From: Acidobacteriaceae bacterium
GTDB lineage: Bacteria; Acidobacteriota; Terriglobia; Terriglobales; Acidobacteriaceae
DNA: 64,000 nucleotides
Direction: 5' to 3'
Assembly: GCA_003138975.1 (NCBI GenBank)
Contig: PLHQ01000088.1
Coordinates: 1,272-65,271, forward strand
Part shown: positions 56,678 through 64,000 of the stretch, piece by piece
Layout of the letters: each line of letters starts with the position of its first letter
Position numbering within the stretch: the first letter of the stretch is position 1
The notes under the pieces: model-generated
What the model was told of the DNA's origin: nothing
Database searches by the model: none
Seen by the model: the letters and a program-made list of their open reading frames with translations, nothing else
Position numbers and translations under genes: made by a program

Positions 56678-57719
56678 CATCTTTCTCCGGCGTAGGGATG
56701 GGCCCCGGATTCCGCTCCACAAATTGCCGCTGGTGCCAATAGGGATAAACCGGCGTCACCTCGCTCGCGCCATCTAACTTGGCAACCTGCTCGCGGGAAA
56801 GATTCCATCCCGCCGCTCCCAAATTCTGCCGCAGCTGTTCTTCGTTCCGTGCCCCGAAGATCACGGTCGAAACCGAGGGCCGTTGCAACAGCCAGTTCAG
56901 CGCCACTTGCGGCACAGTCTTTCCCGTCTCTTTGGCAACCTCGTCCAAGGCATCAACCACCTTGTACAGATACTCCTCTGACACTTGCGGTCCATAGTCG
57001 GCAGTTTTGTGCAACCGGCTCTCCGCCGGCAACGGCTTTCCCCGCCGGATCTTCCCAGTCAACCGTCCCCACCCCAGTGGACTCCACACCAGCGCGCCCA
57101 CTCCCTGATCCAAAGCCATCGGCATCAGTTCCCACTCATACTCTCTGCCCACCAGCGAGTAATACACCTGATGACCCGCATACCGCGCCCAGCCGTACCG
57201 GTCAGCCACGCTCAAAGACTTCATCAAATGCCAGCCGGAAAAATTGGAGCACGCAATATATCTGACCTTCCCGCTCACCACCAGTTGGTTCAGCGTACTG
57301 AGAACTTCCTCGGCCGGGGTCAGGGCGTCAAACCCGTGCAGATGATAGATATCGATATAGCCGGTGCCCAGCCTGCGCAAGCTCGCCTCGCAAGCCCGGA
57401 TCAAATGATGCCGCGACGATCCCAGATCGTTCGGCCCCGGCCCCATGCGGAACGTCGCCTTAGTCGAGATCAATACCTCATCCCGTCGGCCGGCAATTGC
57501 CTTCCCCAGAATCGTTTCGGAAAGCCCGTCCGAGTAAACGTCGGCGGTATCGAAGAGATTGACGCCCGCTTCCAGGCAAATATCTACAAGATGCGTAGCC
57601 TCGGCCACATCGCTCGCGCCCCACGCGCGAAAAAACTCGTTTCCCCCACCAAACGTTCCCGTACCAAAACTCAAGGCGGGTACCTTTAAACCAGAGCGTC
57701 CCAGCGTTCGAAATTCCAT
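56670..57719 (-). CDS. Aldo/keto reductase (copy 2)
   Basis: MEFRTLGRSGLKVPALSFGTGTFGG...LFDTADVYS...DIYHLHGFD... Confidence 0.92.
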   Translation of the reverse strand: MEFRTLGRSGLKVPALSFGTGTFGGGNEFFRAWGASDVAEATHLVDICLEAGVNLFDTADVYSDGLSETILGKAIAGRRDEVLISTKATFRMGPGPNDLGSSRHHLIRACEASLRRLGTGYIDIYHLHGFDALTPAEEVLSTLNQLVVSGKVRYIACSNFSGWHLMKSLSVADRYGWARYAGHQVYYSLVGREYEWELMPMALDQGVGALVWSPLGWGRLTGKIRRGKPLPAESRLHKTADYGPQVSEEYLYKVVDALDEVAKETGKTVPQVALNWLLQRPSVSTVIFGARNEEQLRQNLGAAGWNLSREQVAKLDGASEVTPVYPYWHQRQFVERNPGPIPTPEKDAI

Positions 57720-57782
57720 CCAGCAGTAGATGCCGCACACAAAGGAACGATGCTCTCAAAACAATTACCCACAAAACAAAAA

Positions 57783-57801
57783 GGCCGCCCGATGGGCGGC
57801 C
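57783..57801. terminator. Intrinsic terminator hairpin downstream of the LuxR-type regulator
   Basis: GGCCGCCC-gat-GGGCGGCC is flanked by an A-rich run upstream and cgTTTTc downstream. On the minus strand it is followed by TTTTTGTTTTG. Confidence 0.6.
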
Positions 57802-57832
57802 CGTTTTCAAATCAATGTGTTCCAGGAAAAAT

Positions 57833-58507
57833 CTACGGCATTGCTCCAGCCGGAGTTTGCGGTGCCGGCCCTGCCGTGGTCGCTGCCGCCGCCTCATTCA
57901 AAATCCGGTGGTGGATGGTGAACAGCGCCAGTTCCAACCGGTCCGAGACGCCGATCTTGTCATACACATTGCGCAGATAATTCTTGATCACCTGCTCCGT
58001 CGTTCCCAGCTGCGTGGCAATCTCCTTATTCTTATAGCCCTGCACGATCAGCGCCACAATCCGCAACTCCTTCGCCGTCAGGCGATCGCGCACACGCAAG
58101 CCCACCATATCGTTTTCGGTAAGCTCGCTGGGCACCGCGACATCCTGCACCCACGTCTCCCCGCGTGCCACCTTGCGCACGCAGTCCACAAGGGCCGCGC
58201 TGGTCACATTGCGGTAGACCACGCCGTGTGCGCCGTTCGCCATATGCCGCTGTGCACTTTCGCCCGTATCAGCCAGCACCACAATGCGCGTCTTCGCCTT
58301 ATTGGCGCCCTGCACGATGGCGGCAAAATCATTGTGAAAGCCCGCCGCCACCACCAGCACCGCGGCACGAAATTTGTCCAGAGCCATGAACATCTGCTCC
58401 GGTGTCTGGGCCTGCGCCACGATGCGCATCTCGTCTTCCACCGCCAGCACCTTGGCAATGCCGGCGCGGAAGATTGCCTGGTTATCGGCCAGAATCAGTT
58501 TGAGCAT
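57833..58507 (-). CDS. NarL/LuxR-type regulator with a degenerate (pseudo-)receiver domain
   Basis: ATG at 58507. MLKLILADNQAIFRAGI...AAVLVVAAGFHNDF...RIVVLADTG...GAHGVVYRN is followed by the HTH LTAKELRIVALIVQGYKNKEIATQLGTTEQVIKNYLRNVYDKIGV. Confidence 0.88.
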   Translation of the reverse strand: MLKLILADNQAIFRAGIAKVLAVEDEMRIVAQAQTPEQMFMALDKFRAAVLVVAAGFHNDFAAIVQGANKAKTRIVVLADTGESAQRHMANGAHGVVYRNVTSAALVDCVRKVARGETWVQDVAVPSELTENDMVGLRVRDRLTAKELRIVALIVQGYKNKEIATQLGTTEQVIKNYLRNVYDKIGVSDRLELALFTIHHRILNEAAAATTAGPAPQTPAGAMP

Positions 58508-58533
58508 GTTATTGGCGCTCCACAATTCAGTAA

Positions 58534-58636
58534 TGTCATCCCGAGCAGGCGTTCTTTGCGCCGCGAGGGATCTGCGCGAGCCGCGCGAAGCATCGCGCTC
58601 CTTGCAATGCAATAATCGCGCCTTTGGCTCGCTTCC
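58534..58636 (+). repeat. Dispersed intergenic repeat, family A, copy d
   Basis: tgtcatcccgagcaggcgttctttgcgccgcgagggatctgcgcgagccgcgcgaagcatcgcg...ggctcgcttcc, lying between the PilZ and LuxR genes. Confidence 0.7.
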
Positions 58637-58661
58637 TTATCAAACTTCACTACTCCAAAAC

Positions 58662-59042
58662 TTAAGAGTTCCTCACAAACTCGTATGAGTCGATCACGCA
58701 AGCCACACCCTTGCCCTCTTCGCTGGCTCCCGTGGGATCGGTGCGCACCACGCGCCCCTTGCATTGAATCACCACATTCTCCTGCCCCCCGGTTACATCC
58801 GGTGGCAGTGTGATCTCAAACTCCACCGGAGACCCAACCTCCAGCGACGCGTCAGCACGAATATAAACTCCCGCCGCGCTCAGATTTCCCGTCGTCCCCT
58901 TCGCGTCGCCGCTGGGGGCATCGCTATGCAGCTTGATCGGCAATTCCAGCGGAAACCTTTTTCCGGTCCGTGCTTCTTCGGACACAGTCCCTCCTCTTTC
59001 GTGGCTTGGTCCTTCTCTCTCGGCGAACGAGGCCAATACCAT
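58662..59042 (-). CDS. PilZ-domain protein
   Basis: GKRFPLELPIKL...GTTGNLSAAGVYIRADASLEVGSPVEFEI has PilZ RxxxR-like and D/NxSxxG motifs. Confidence 0.78.
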   Translation of the reverse strand: MVLASFAEREGPSHERGGTVSEEARTGKRFPLELPIKLHSDAPSGDAKGTTGNLSAAGVYIRADASLEVGSPVEFEITLPPDVTGGQENVVIQCKGRVVRTDPTGASEEGKGVACVIDSYEFVRNS

Positions 59043-59316
59043 CAAATACGCTCCTGGCACGCAGATCAACCACTTTATGGCTTAGGGGCGGTTATATCAC
59101 GGATGGCCACTCTATAAAAGCCTGATAACGAGTTAGTTAAGGGTAGAACCTAGATTCCCCCTTTGCCCTCGTGTAGGGCGGACACTCCCTTCCACAAGCT
59201 CAGGGCAAGTTCAGTCCGCTGCCTTTGACCTTGCCCTTGAAGTTGAGCTAGCCGGGCCCTCGCGATGGCCCGGAATCCCTGCATGTTTGCTATGATGTGC
59301 CGCCGGGTAAACGAGC

Positions 59317-60360
59317 ATGACTCAACGATCAAAGAAATCGCCGAACAAACTCCTGCAAGGCAAGATCGCCCTGGTAGCCGGAGCCACACGCGGCGCCGGC
59401 CGTGGCATCGCTATCGCTCTCGGCGAAGCCGGCGCCACCGTCTACTGCACCGGCCGCAGTTCAAGAAAAAATTTGCAAAAACGCCCCGCCACACCAGGCC
59501 TGCGCGAAACCATCGAAGAAACCGCCGAACTGGTCACTGCCGCCGGCGGCCATGGCATTGCCGTAAGAGTGGATCACGAAGTTCCTGCCGAGGTAAGAAA
59601 GCTCGTCGCGCTTATCAAACGCCGGCACAAGGGCCTCGACATCCTCGTCAACGACGTCTGGGGCGGCGACGCCCTCACCGAATGGAGCAAACCGTTCTGG
59701 ACCGTCAACCTCGAGAACGGCCTGCACATGCTCAAGCAGGCCCTCCATTCCCATATCATCACTTCCCACTACGCCGTTCCGCTAATGCTGGGACGAAGCC
59801 GGCCCGGTCGCAACCACGGAATCATTTTCGAGATTACCGATGGCGACGCCTTCTACTACCGCGGAAATCTCTTCTACGACCTGGTCAAGATTTCCGTCAT
59901 CCGCCTGGCCTTCGCCATGGCCCGCGAACTGCGCAAACGTGACATCGCTTCCGTCGCACTGACTCCCGGATTCTTACGTTCTGAAAGAGTGCTCGAACAT
60001 TTCAAAGTCTCCGAAGCTAATTGGAAGGATGTCGGGAAGAAGAACAAGAATAAAGATCAGAACAGCAAAGACCAGAACGACGCCCCCAACGATTTCATGG
60101 TCTCAGAATCGCCGCGCTACATAGGCCGCGCCGTAGTAGCGCTCGCCACCGATCCCAAAGTTATGAATAAGACCGGACGCGTCTTCAGCTCCTGGGCCCT
60201 CGCCCGCGAATACGGATTCACCGACCTCGACGGCACCCAGCCCCACTGGGGCAACTACGCCCGCAAGAAATACGGCAAATACAAAATCTGTGACGACCAT
60301 TTCTATTCCTACTGGGTTCCCGGCCTGATAGAACTGATCTTCCCCGACTGGTTTTCGTGA
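59317..60360 (+). CDS. SDR-family oxidoreductase
   Basis: KIALVAGATRGAGRGIAIALGEAGATVYCTGRS is the TGxxxGxG-like motif. Confidence 0.87.
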   Translation: MTQRSKKSPNKLLQGKIALVAGATRGAGRGIAIALGEAGATVYCTGRSSRKNLQKRPATPGLRETIEETAELVTAAGGHGIAVRVDHEVPAEVRKLVALIKRRHKGLDILVNDVWGGDALTEWSKPFWTVNLENGLHMLKQALHSHIITSHYAVPLMLGRSRPGRNHGIIFEITDGDAFYYRGNLFYDLVKISVIRLAFAMARELRKRDIASVALTPGFLRSERVLEHFKVSEANWKDVGKKNKNKDQNSKDQNDAPNDFMVSESPRYIGRAVVALATDPKVMNKTGRVFSSWALAREYGFTDLDGTQPHWGNYARKKYGKYKICDDHFYSYWVPGLIELIFPDWFS

Positions 60361-60406
60361 TCTGCTCGAGGGAGCCACGTTTGAAATCGACAGTTTCATC
60401 CCGGTA

Positions 60407-60535
60407 GGCGTCATCCGAGCGCAGCCGCTTTTCAGGTGGAGCGAAGGATCTCGCGCGCGGACTGTCGGGCGCAGTGCAAGCTCGCACCGCGAGATCCCTC
60501 ACCCGGCTGAACTACGCCGGGTTCTGGATGACGCC
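60407..60535 (+). repeat. Family A repeat, complete MITE-like copy with terminal inverted repeats
   Basis: The termini are GGCGTCATCCgAG (60407) and CTGGATGACGCC (60524-35). An internal 10-bp inverted repeat is GGATCTCGCG (60446) / CGCGAGATCC (60488). Confidence 0.7.
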
Positions 60536-60659
60536 TCCGGACAAAACCGAGGATCCAAGCTGCAGCCTCCACGCACCTGACCCCGCTTTACTTTGCAACC
60601 GAACCGCGCGTGGTACCGTCAGATGAGTGTTCTTTCTTCTTTCCCAGGAGAGCTAACTC

Positions 60660-62195
60660 ATGCTCAGTCCATCTTTAAGCCACGCGCACCCGCTTGGTCG
60701 TCTGCGCCCTTTCCTCTGCCAGGTGATCTCTATTCTTCTGGTCTCGACCACAAGCCTGATGTCTCAGCAGTCGCCAGCTCAGAAGCCGGCCAATCCAACT
60801 TCCGGGAGCAAAGTTGCGGAGGGAAAGTCTGCGGAAGAAAAGCCACAGCCGGACGAGTCCGCCTCCGCAATGGCAGCCCTCGCGCAGCTCAACAATGCTC
60901 TGGAAGGTCTCGCCACAAAGGTGTCGCCGGCCGTAGTTCAAATCCTCGTCACCGGGTACGGCCCGTTGCACGAGGAGACCCGCACTCAGACCGCTCTCAT
61001 CGTGCGCCAGCATGCCGTCGGCTCAGGCGTGATTGTCGACTCCTCCGGATACATCATGACCAACGCGCACGTCGTCGAAGGCGCGCAGCGCATTCGCGTA
61101 GCATTGCCATTGCCCGGAGATTCGGGCCGCGCTGTGCCCGTGGGAAAACGCCACATTCTCGAAGCGCGCCTCGTTGGTGTTCATAAAGACACCGATCTCG
61201 CTTTGCTCAAGATCGACGAGAAGGACCTTCCCACGCTGCCTCTACTTTCACAACAGCGGCCCCGCGTCGGACAACTCGTCTTCGCCATCGGCAGTCCCGA
61301 AGGCCTGCAGAATTCAGTCACCATGGGAGTCGTGAGCGCGGTCGCCCGGCAGCCCGATCCCGAGAAAGCCATGACCTACATCCAGACCGATGCACCCATC
61401 AACCCCGGCAACAGCGGCGGACCGCTCGTCGATATGAATGGCTCGGTGGTTGGCATCAACACTTTCATCCTCTCAACAGGCGGCGGCAGCGAGGGCCTGG
61501 GCTTCGCCATCCCCGCCCGCATCGTGGATTTCGTCTATCACAGCCTGCGCAAATATGGGCACGTGCATCGCGTGGAGATTGGCGCCGTGGCGCAGGAAAT
61601 CACACCCACCCTGGCAGATGGCCTCCATCTCTCGCAACACTGGGGCGTCATCATCGCCGACGTCAAGCCGGACGGCCCGGCCGGCACCGCCGGCCTGCGG
61701 GTTCAGGACATCGTTCTCACCGCCGACGATCGCCGCATCGAAACTCTTCCAGCGCTCTCTTCCGCGCTTTATCTGCATCGGCTCGATCAAGTATTGAAGC
61801 TGGAAATCTTACGCGGCGACCAGAGAAAAATTTTGTACGTTCCCGCCATCGAGCAGCGCGACCCCATGGATCAACTCTTCGATGCCGCCGATCCAGAAAA
61901 AAGTCTCATCTCGCGCCTGGGCATTCTCGTCACCGATATCAGCGACGACCTGCGCAATCAGATTGGCACGCTGCGCATTGCTTCTGGTGTGATCGTACTC
62001 GGTCGCGCCGCCGACCTCATTACTCCTGAGACTGGGCTGCAGACCGGAGACGTGATTCACTCGCTCAACATCACTCCCATCACTTCCATGGACGAACTGC
62101 GCGCCGCCGTTCAACATTTGAAAGTCGGAGATCCGGTCGTCCTGCAAGTGGAACGCAGCGACGGCTTCACCTACTTGAGTTTCGAAATGGAGTGA
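60660..62195 (+). CDS. HtrA/DegP-family serine protease with two PDZ domains
   Basis: An N-terminal hydrophobic leader is followed by TNAHVV, DLALLKI and GNSGGPLVD (catalytic triad contexts), then two PDZ-like regions. Confidence 0.93.
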   Translation: MLSPSLSHAHPLGRLRPFLCQVISILLVSTTSLMSQQSPAQKPANPTSGSKVAEGKSAEEKPQPDESASAMAALAQLNNALEGLATKVSPAVVQILVTGYGPLHEETRTQTALIVRQHAVGSGVIVDSSGYIMTNAHVVEGAQRIRVALPLPGDSGRAVPVGKRHILEARLVGVHKDTDLALLKIDEKDLPTLPLLSQQRPRVGQLVFAIGSPEGLQNSVTMGVVSAVARQPDPEKAMTYIQTDAPINPGNSGGPLVDMNGSVVGINTFILSTGGGSEGLGFAIPARIVDFVYHSLRKYGHVHRVEIGAVAQEITPTLADGLHLSQHWGVIIADVKPDGPAGTAGLRVQDIVLTADDRRIETLPALSSALYLHRLDQVLKLEILRGDQRKILYVPAIEQRDPMDQLFDAADPEKSLISRLGILVTDISDDLRNQIGTLRIASGVIVLGRAADLITPETGLQTGDVIHSLNITPITSMDELRAAVQHLKVGDPVVLQVERSDGFTYLSFEME

Positions 62196-62223
62196 AACAG
62201 GCCGCTGGTCCGGATTTCAAAAG

Positions 62224-62266
62224 CTTGTCATTCCGACTGAAGCGGAGCGAAGTGGTGGAATCTGCT
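62224..62266 (+). repeat. Dispersed intergenic repeat, family A, short copy f
   Basis: cttgtcattccgactgaagcggagcgaagtggtggaatctgc. Confidence 0.55.
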
Positions 62267-62492
62267 TTTTCTTGCTGTAACGTTGCTGCCTATGCTCTTA
62301 GTCGCAGCCCGCGTGCGCGGCCGATGCAGCGACGCCCGAAGCGCTGACCGTGTCTCGGCGCGAGCGTTGCAGAGCATTTTCCACTGCCAATCCTAGCTTT
62401 GACGCGAGGGTCTGCAACACACTCAAGTCCTGACCGACAGCCGCCGCAAACTCGGTTTTACGGCTTGGTTTGCCGTAGAATGTCTTCTTGAT

Positions 62493-62569
62493 GCGCCCGT
62501 AGCTCAACTGGATAGAGCATCTGCCTTCGGAGCAGAGGGTTGGGAGTTCGAGTCTCTCCGGGCGCACCA
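62493..62569 (+). tRNA. tRNA-Arg (anticodon UCG), CCA encoded
   Basis: GCGCCCG-TA-GCTC-AACTGGATA-GAGC-A-TCTGC-CTTCGGA-GCAGA-GGGTT-GGGAG-TTCGAGT-CTCTC-CGGGCGC-A-CCA folds as a cloverleaf with a perfect 7-bp acceptor stem and a TTCGA T-loop. Confidence 0.93.
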
Positions 62570-62576
62570 CTTGCAA

Positions 62577-64000
62577 TTAGAACGCGCTGCCACCACCACC
62601 ACCGAAGCCGCCGCCGGAAAATCCTCCGCCCCCTCCAAAGCCGCCACCACCGCTCCATCCCGATCCCGTGGAACTGGCCCTGGGCGCGGACACGAACACC
62701 TGGTGCATATCTGTCGCCATACCGTGCATCGAGCTCGAAAATAAAATTGGGTTGAACGCCATGCCATATCCATATCCGGCGGGCGCAGCGTACCAACTCG
62801 GTGGATCTTTCACGATGCCGGCGAAGGCCTGCGCCCAGTGGTGTTCCACGCCGAGAGCCATCGCATAAGGCAGGAATTTCTCGAACGTGTCGGGCGGCAT
62901 CACTTTGAGGCGCTCGGCGTCGACGCGATTCATGAATTCCTGGAATCCCAGCACAGCGATGTGGGTACGCGCGCCCTTGAGAGTCTTCGCCGTCATGACG
63001 CGGGCAAAGAGCCACCAGATCACGGCGCTAACCAGCACACAGCCAACGAGCATCGGAATCGAACTCAGAAGATCGGCCCATCCCGCGAACTGAAAAATGG
63101 CGAAAGGAATCAGAATGCAGAAGGCTGCCCCAATGCTGTAGCCGTTGGCGGACTCGGGATCGAGCGTGTAAATGCCTTTCTGCTTCAGCGCCGACATGAT
63201 GTCTGTTCGGACCACGGGCACGGCAGTGTAGAAGCGGTTCTTCAGGCTCGACAGGCGAGTGTCAGGTGCATCTCCGACGAAAATATTTTCCATCATGACG
63301 CGCTCGTGGGGAGCGAGGCCGCGCCAGTCCTGGCGCTTTTGGAGCAGATGGAAGATGTAATCCTTGTGATGGAATAGCTGGCCGTTCTCGTCCGTTTCTT
63401 CAATCTTAATGAAGCCGCGCACAGCAAGATCGACGATGGTCGATGTAATGTCGCGGGGATGGATGCGATCATCCAGCAGCGTTCCGGCTTCCGCGGGCGA
63501 AATGCCGGGCGGCGGTTCATACATCGGCGCGACGGACATGCCCGGGTCAGGATCGCGACCGGCATACCACCAGAGGACGAACATAACTACGAGCGTGACC
63601 AGCGGCAGAAACACAACCGGGTTGCTGCCGATGAACCAAAATAGTTTCGTTAAAGCTCCCGGCTGTTTCAGTATGCCCTTGGGAATGTAGACATCAATAG
63701 TCATGCCGCCGCGCATGGGCAAAGGATTGTTGGTTTCGAACTCGGCGTTTGCGCCATCCACTTTGGCGGTTGCGTCGTGCTCGGTCGAGCCATAGACGCC
63801 GGTGAAGGCTTGCGCGCGCAAGGATCCACTGGCGGAATCCGGAAAATGTACGGTAGCCGCGGCATGATCGATGGGCACGGGCCAATCGTTGCCGGTGACG
63901 TTCCAGTAGAACTCGTCGTACTGGTCGAAAAAGCGCGTGCCGTTGCGCACGCGGTAGGCGATCTCTACCGTACGCGTGGCATCGACGGCGTTGGGGATAT
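62577..64000 (-). CDS. DUF2207-family membrane protein with a Gly-rich C-terminal tail (5' end beyond the window)
   Basis: ...YRVRNGTRFFDQYDEFYWNVTGNDW... is followed by several TM segments, ending GGGGFGGGGGFSGGGFGGGGGSAF. The frame stays open upstream of the track start (63950) to the window end. Confidence 0.85.
   Translation of the reverse strand, partial: IPNAVDATRTVEIAYRVRNGTRFFDQYDEFYWNVTGNDWPVPIDHAAATVHFPDSASGSLRAQAFTGVYGSTEHDATAKVDGANAEFETNNPLPMRGGMTIDVYIPKGILKQPGALTKLFWFIGSNPVVFLPLVTLVVMFVLWWYAGRDPDPGMSVAPMYEPPPGISPAEAGTLLDDRIHPRDITSTIVDLAVRGFIKIEETDENGQLFHHKDYIFHLLQKRQDWRGLAPHERVMMENIFVGDAPDTRLSSLKNRFYTAVPVVRTDIMSALKQKGIYTLDPESANGYSIGAAFCILIPFAIFQFAGWADLLSSIPMLVGCVLVSAVIWWLFARVMTAKTLKGARTHIAVLGFQEFMNRVDAERLKVMPPDTFEKFLPYAMALGVEHHWAQAFAGIVKDPPSWYAAPAGYGYGMAFNPILFSSSMHGMATDMHQVFVSAPRASSTGSGWSGGGGFGGGGGFSGGGFGGGGGSAF

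Noticed and set aside
60590-60640. A sigma-E-like promoter (GAACC…TCAGA) upstream of htrA.
   Set aside because: The spacer is only about 13 nt, against about 16 in the E. coli-type consensus, and the -35 lacks the GGAACTT context.

Overview
GC-rich chromosomal segment. No base composition was computed apart from a few hand-counted lines. Gene content (a carboxypeptidase-regulatory-domain TonB receptor, BNR/YVTN/PQQ propeller exoproteins, TPR and HEAT proteins) and several short structured intergenic repeat families suggest Acidobacteriota; this is inference, not proof.

I can support about 60 protein genes, one tRNA-Arg(UCG), two decayed genes, a few terminators and promoter or operator candidates, and at least two dispersed repeat families. 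There is no rRNA, no CRISPR array, and no transposase, integrase or phage gene.

Contents in order:
- 5' part of the str operon (rpsL-rpsG-fusA') on the minus strand, then ribH-nusB
- a crotonase / hbd / thiolase string interrupted by a repeat-flanked orphan gene
- a TPR-GAF-degenerate-GGDEF protein
- an amino-acid permease, a GIDE-like membrane protein and a CTP-synthase-type amidotransferase domain lacking His and Glu
- an exported MsrB/MsrA pair
- an aldo/keto reductase (AKR) with an AraC regulator
- lexA followed by a truncated ycaQ-like remnant, then trxA
- a TonB-dependent receptor divergent from fur
- an ECF-like sigma factor, anti-sigma factor and HEAT cluster
- TetR-cupin divergent from ilvC-ilvB-(ACT-only small subunit)-ilvD
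- phosphodiesterase-pyrD, a BNR sialidase-like protein, a second msrA and a GH18 chitinase
- map, a second hbd and pruA
- a pseudo-receiver LuxR regulator next to a PilZ protein
- HtrA, tRNA-Arg and a DUF2207 gene that runs off the window

I did not find a clear multi-gene novel system such as a defence island. The best leads are:
- the phased GTYGCAA heptamer array between fur and the TonB receptor
- the repeat-bracketed low-GC orphan gene inside the hbd-thiolase string
- the long promoter-driven leader upstream of rpsL
- the amidotransferase lacking His and Glu, next to the GIDE-like protein
- the lexA promoter direct repeat and the ycaQ remnant
- the six-frame CTAG stop cluster in a decayed small gene
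- the PilZ / pseudo-receiver pair
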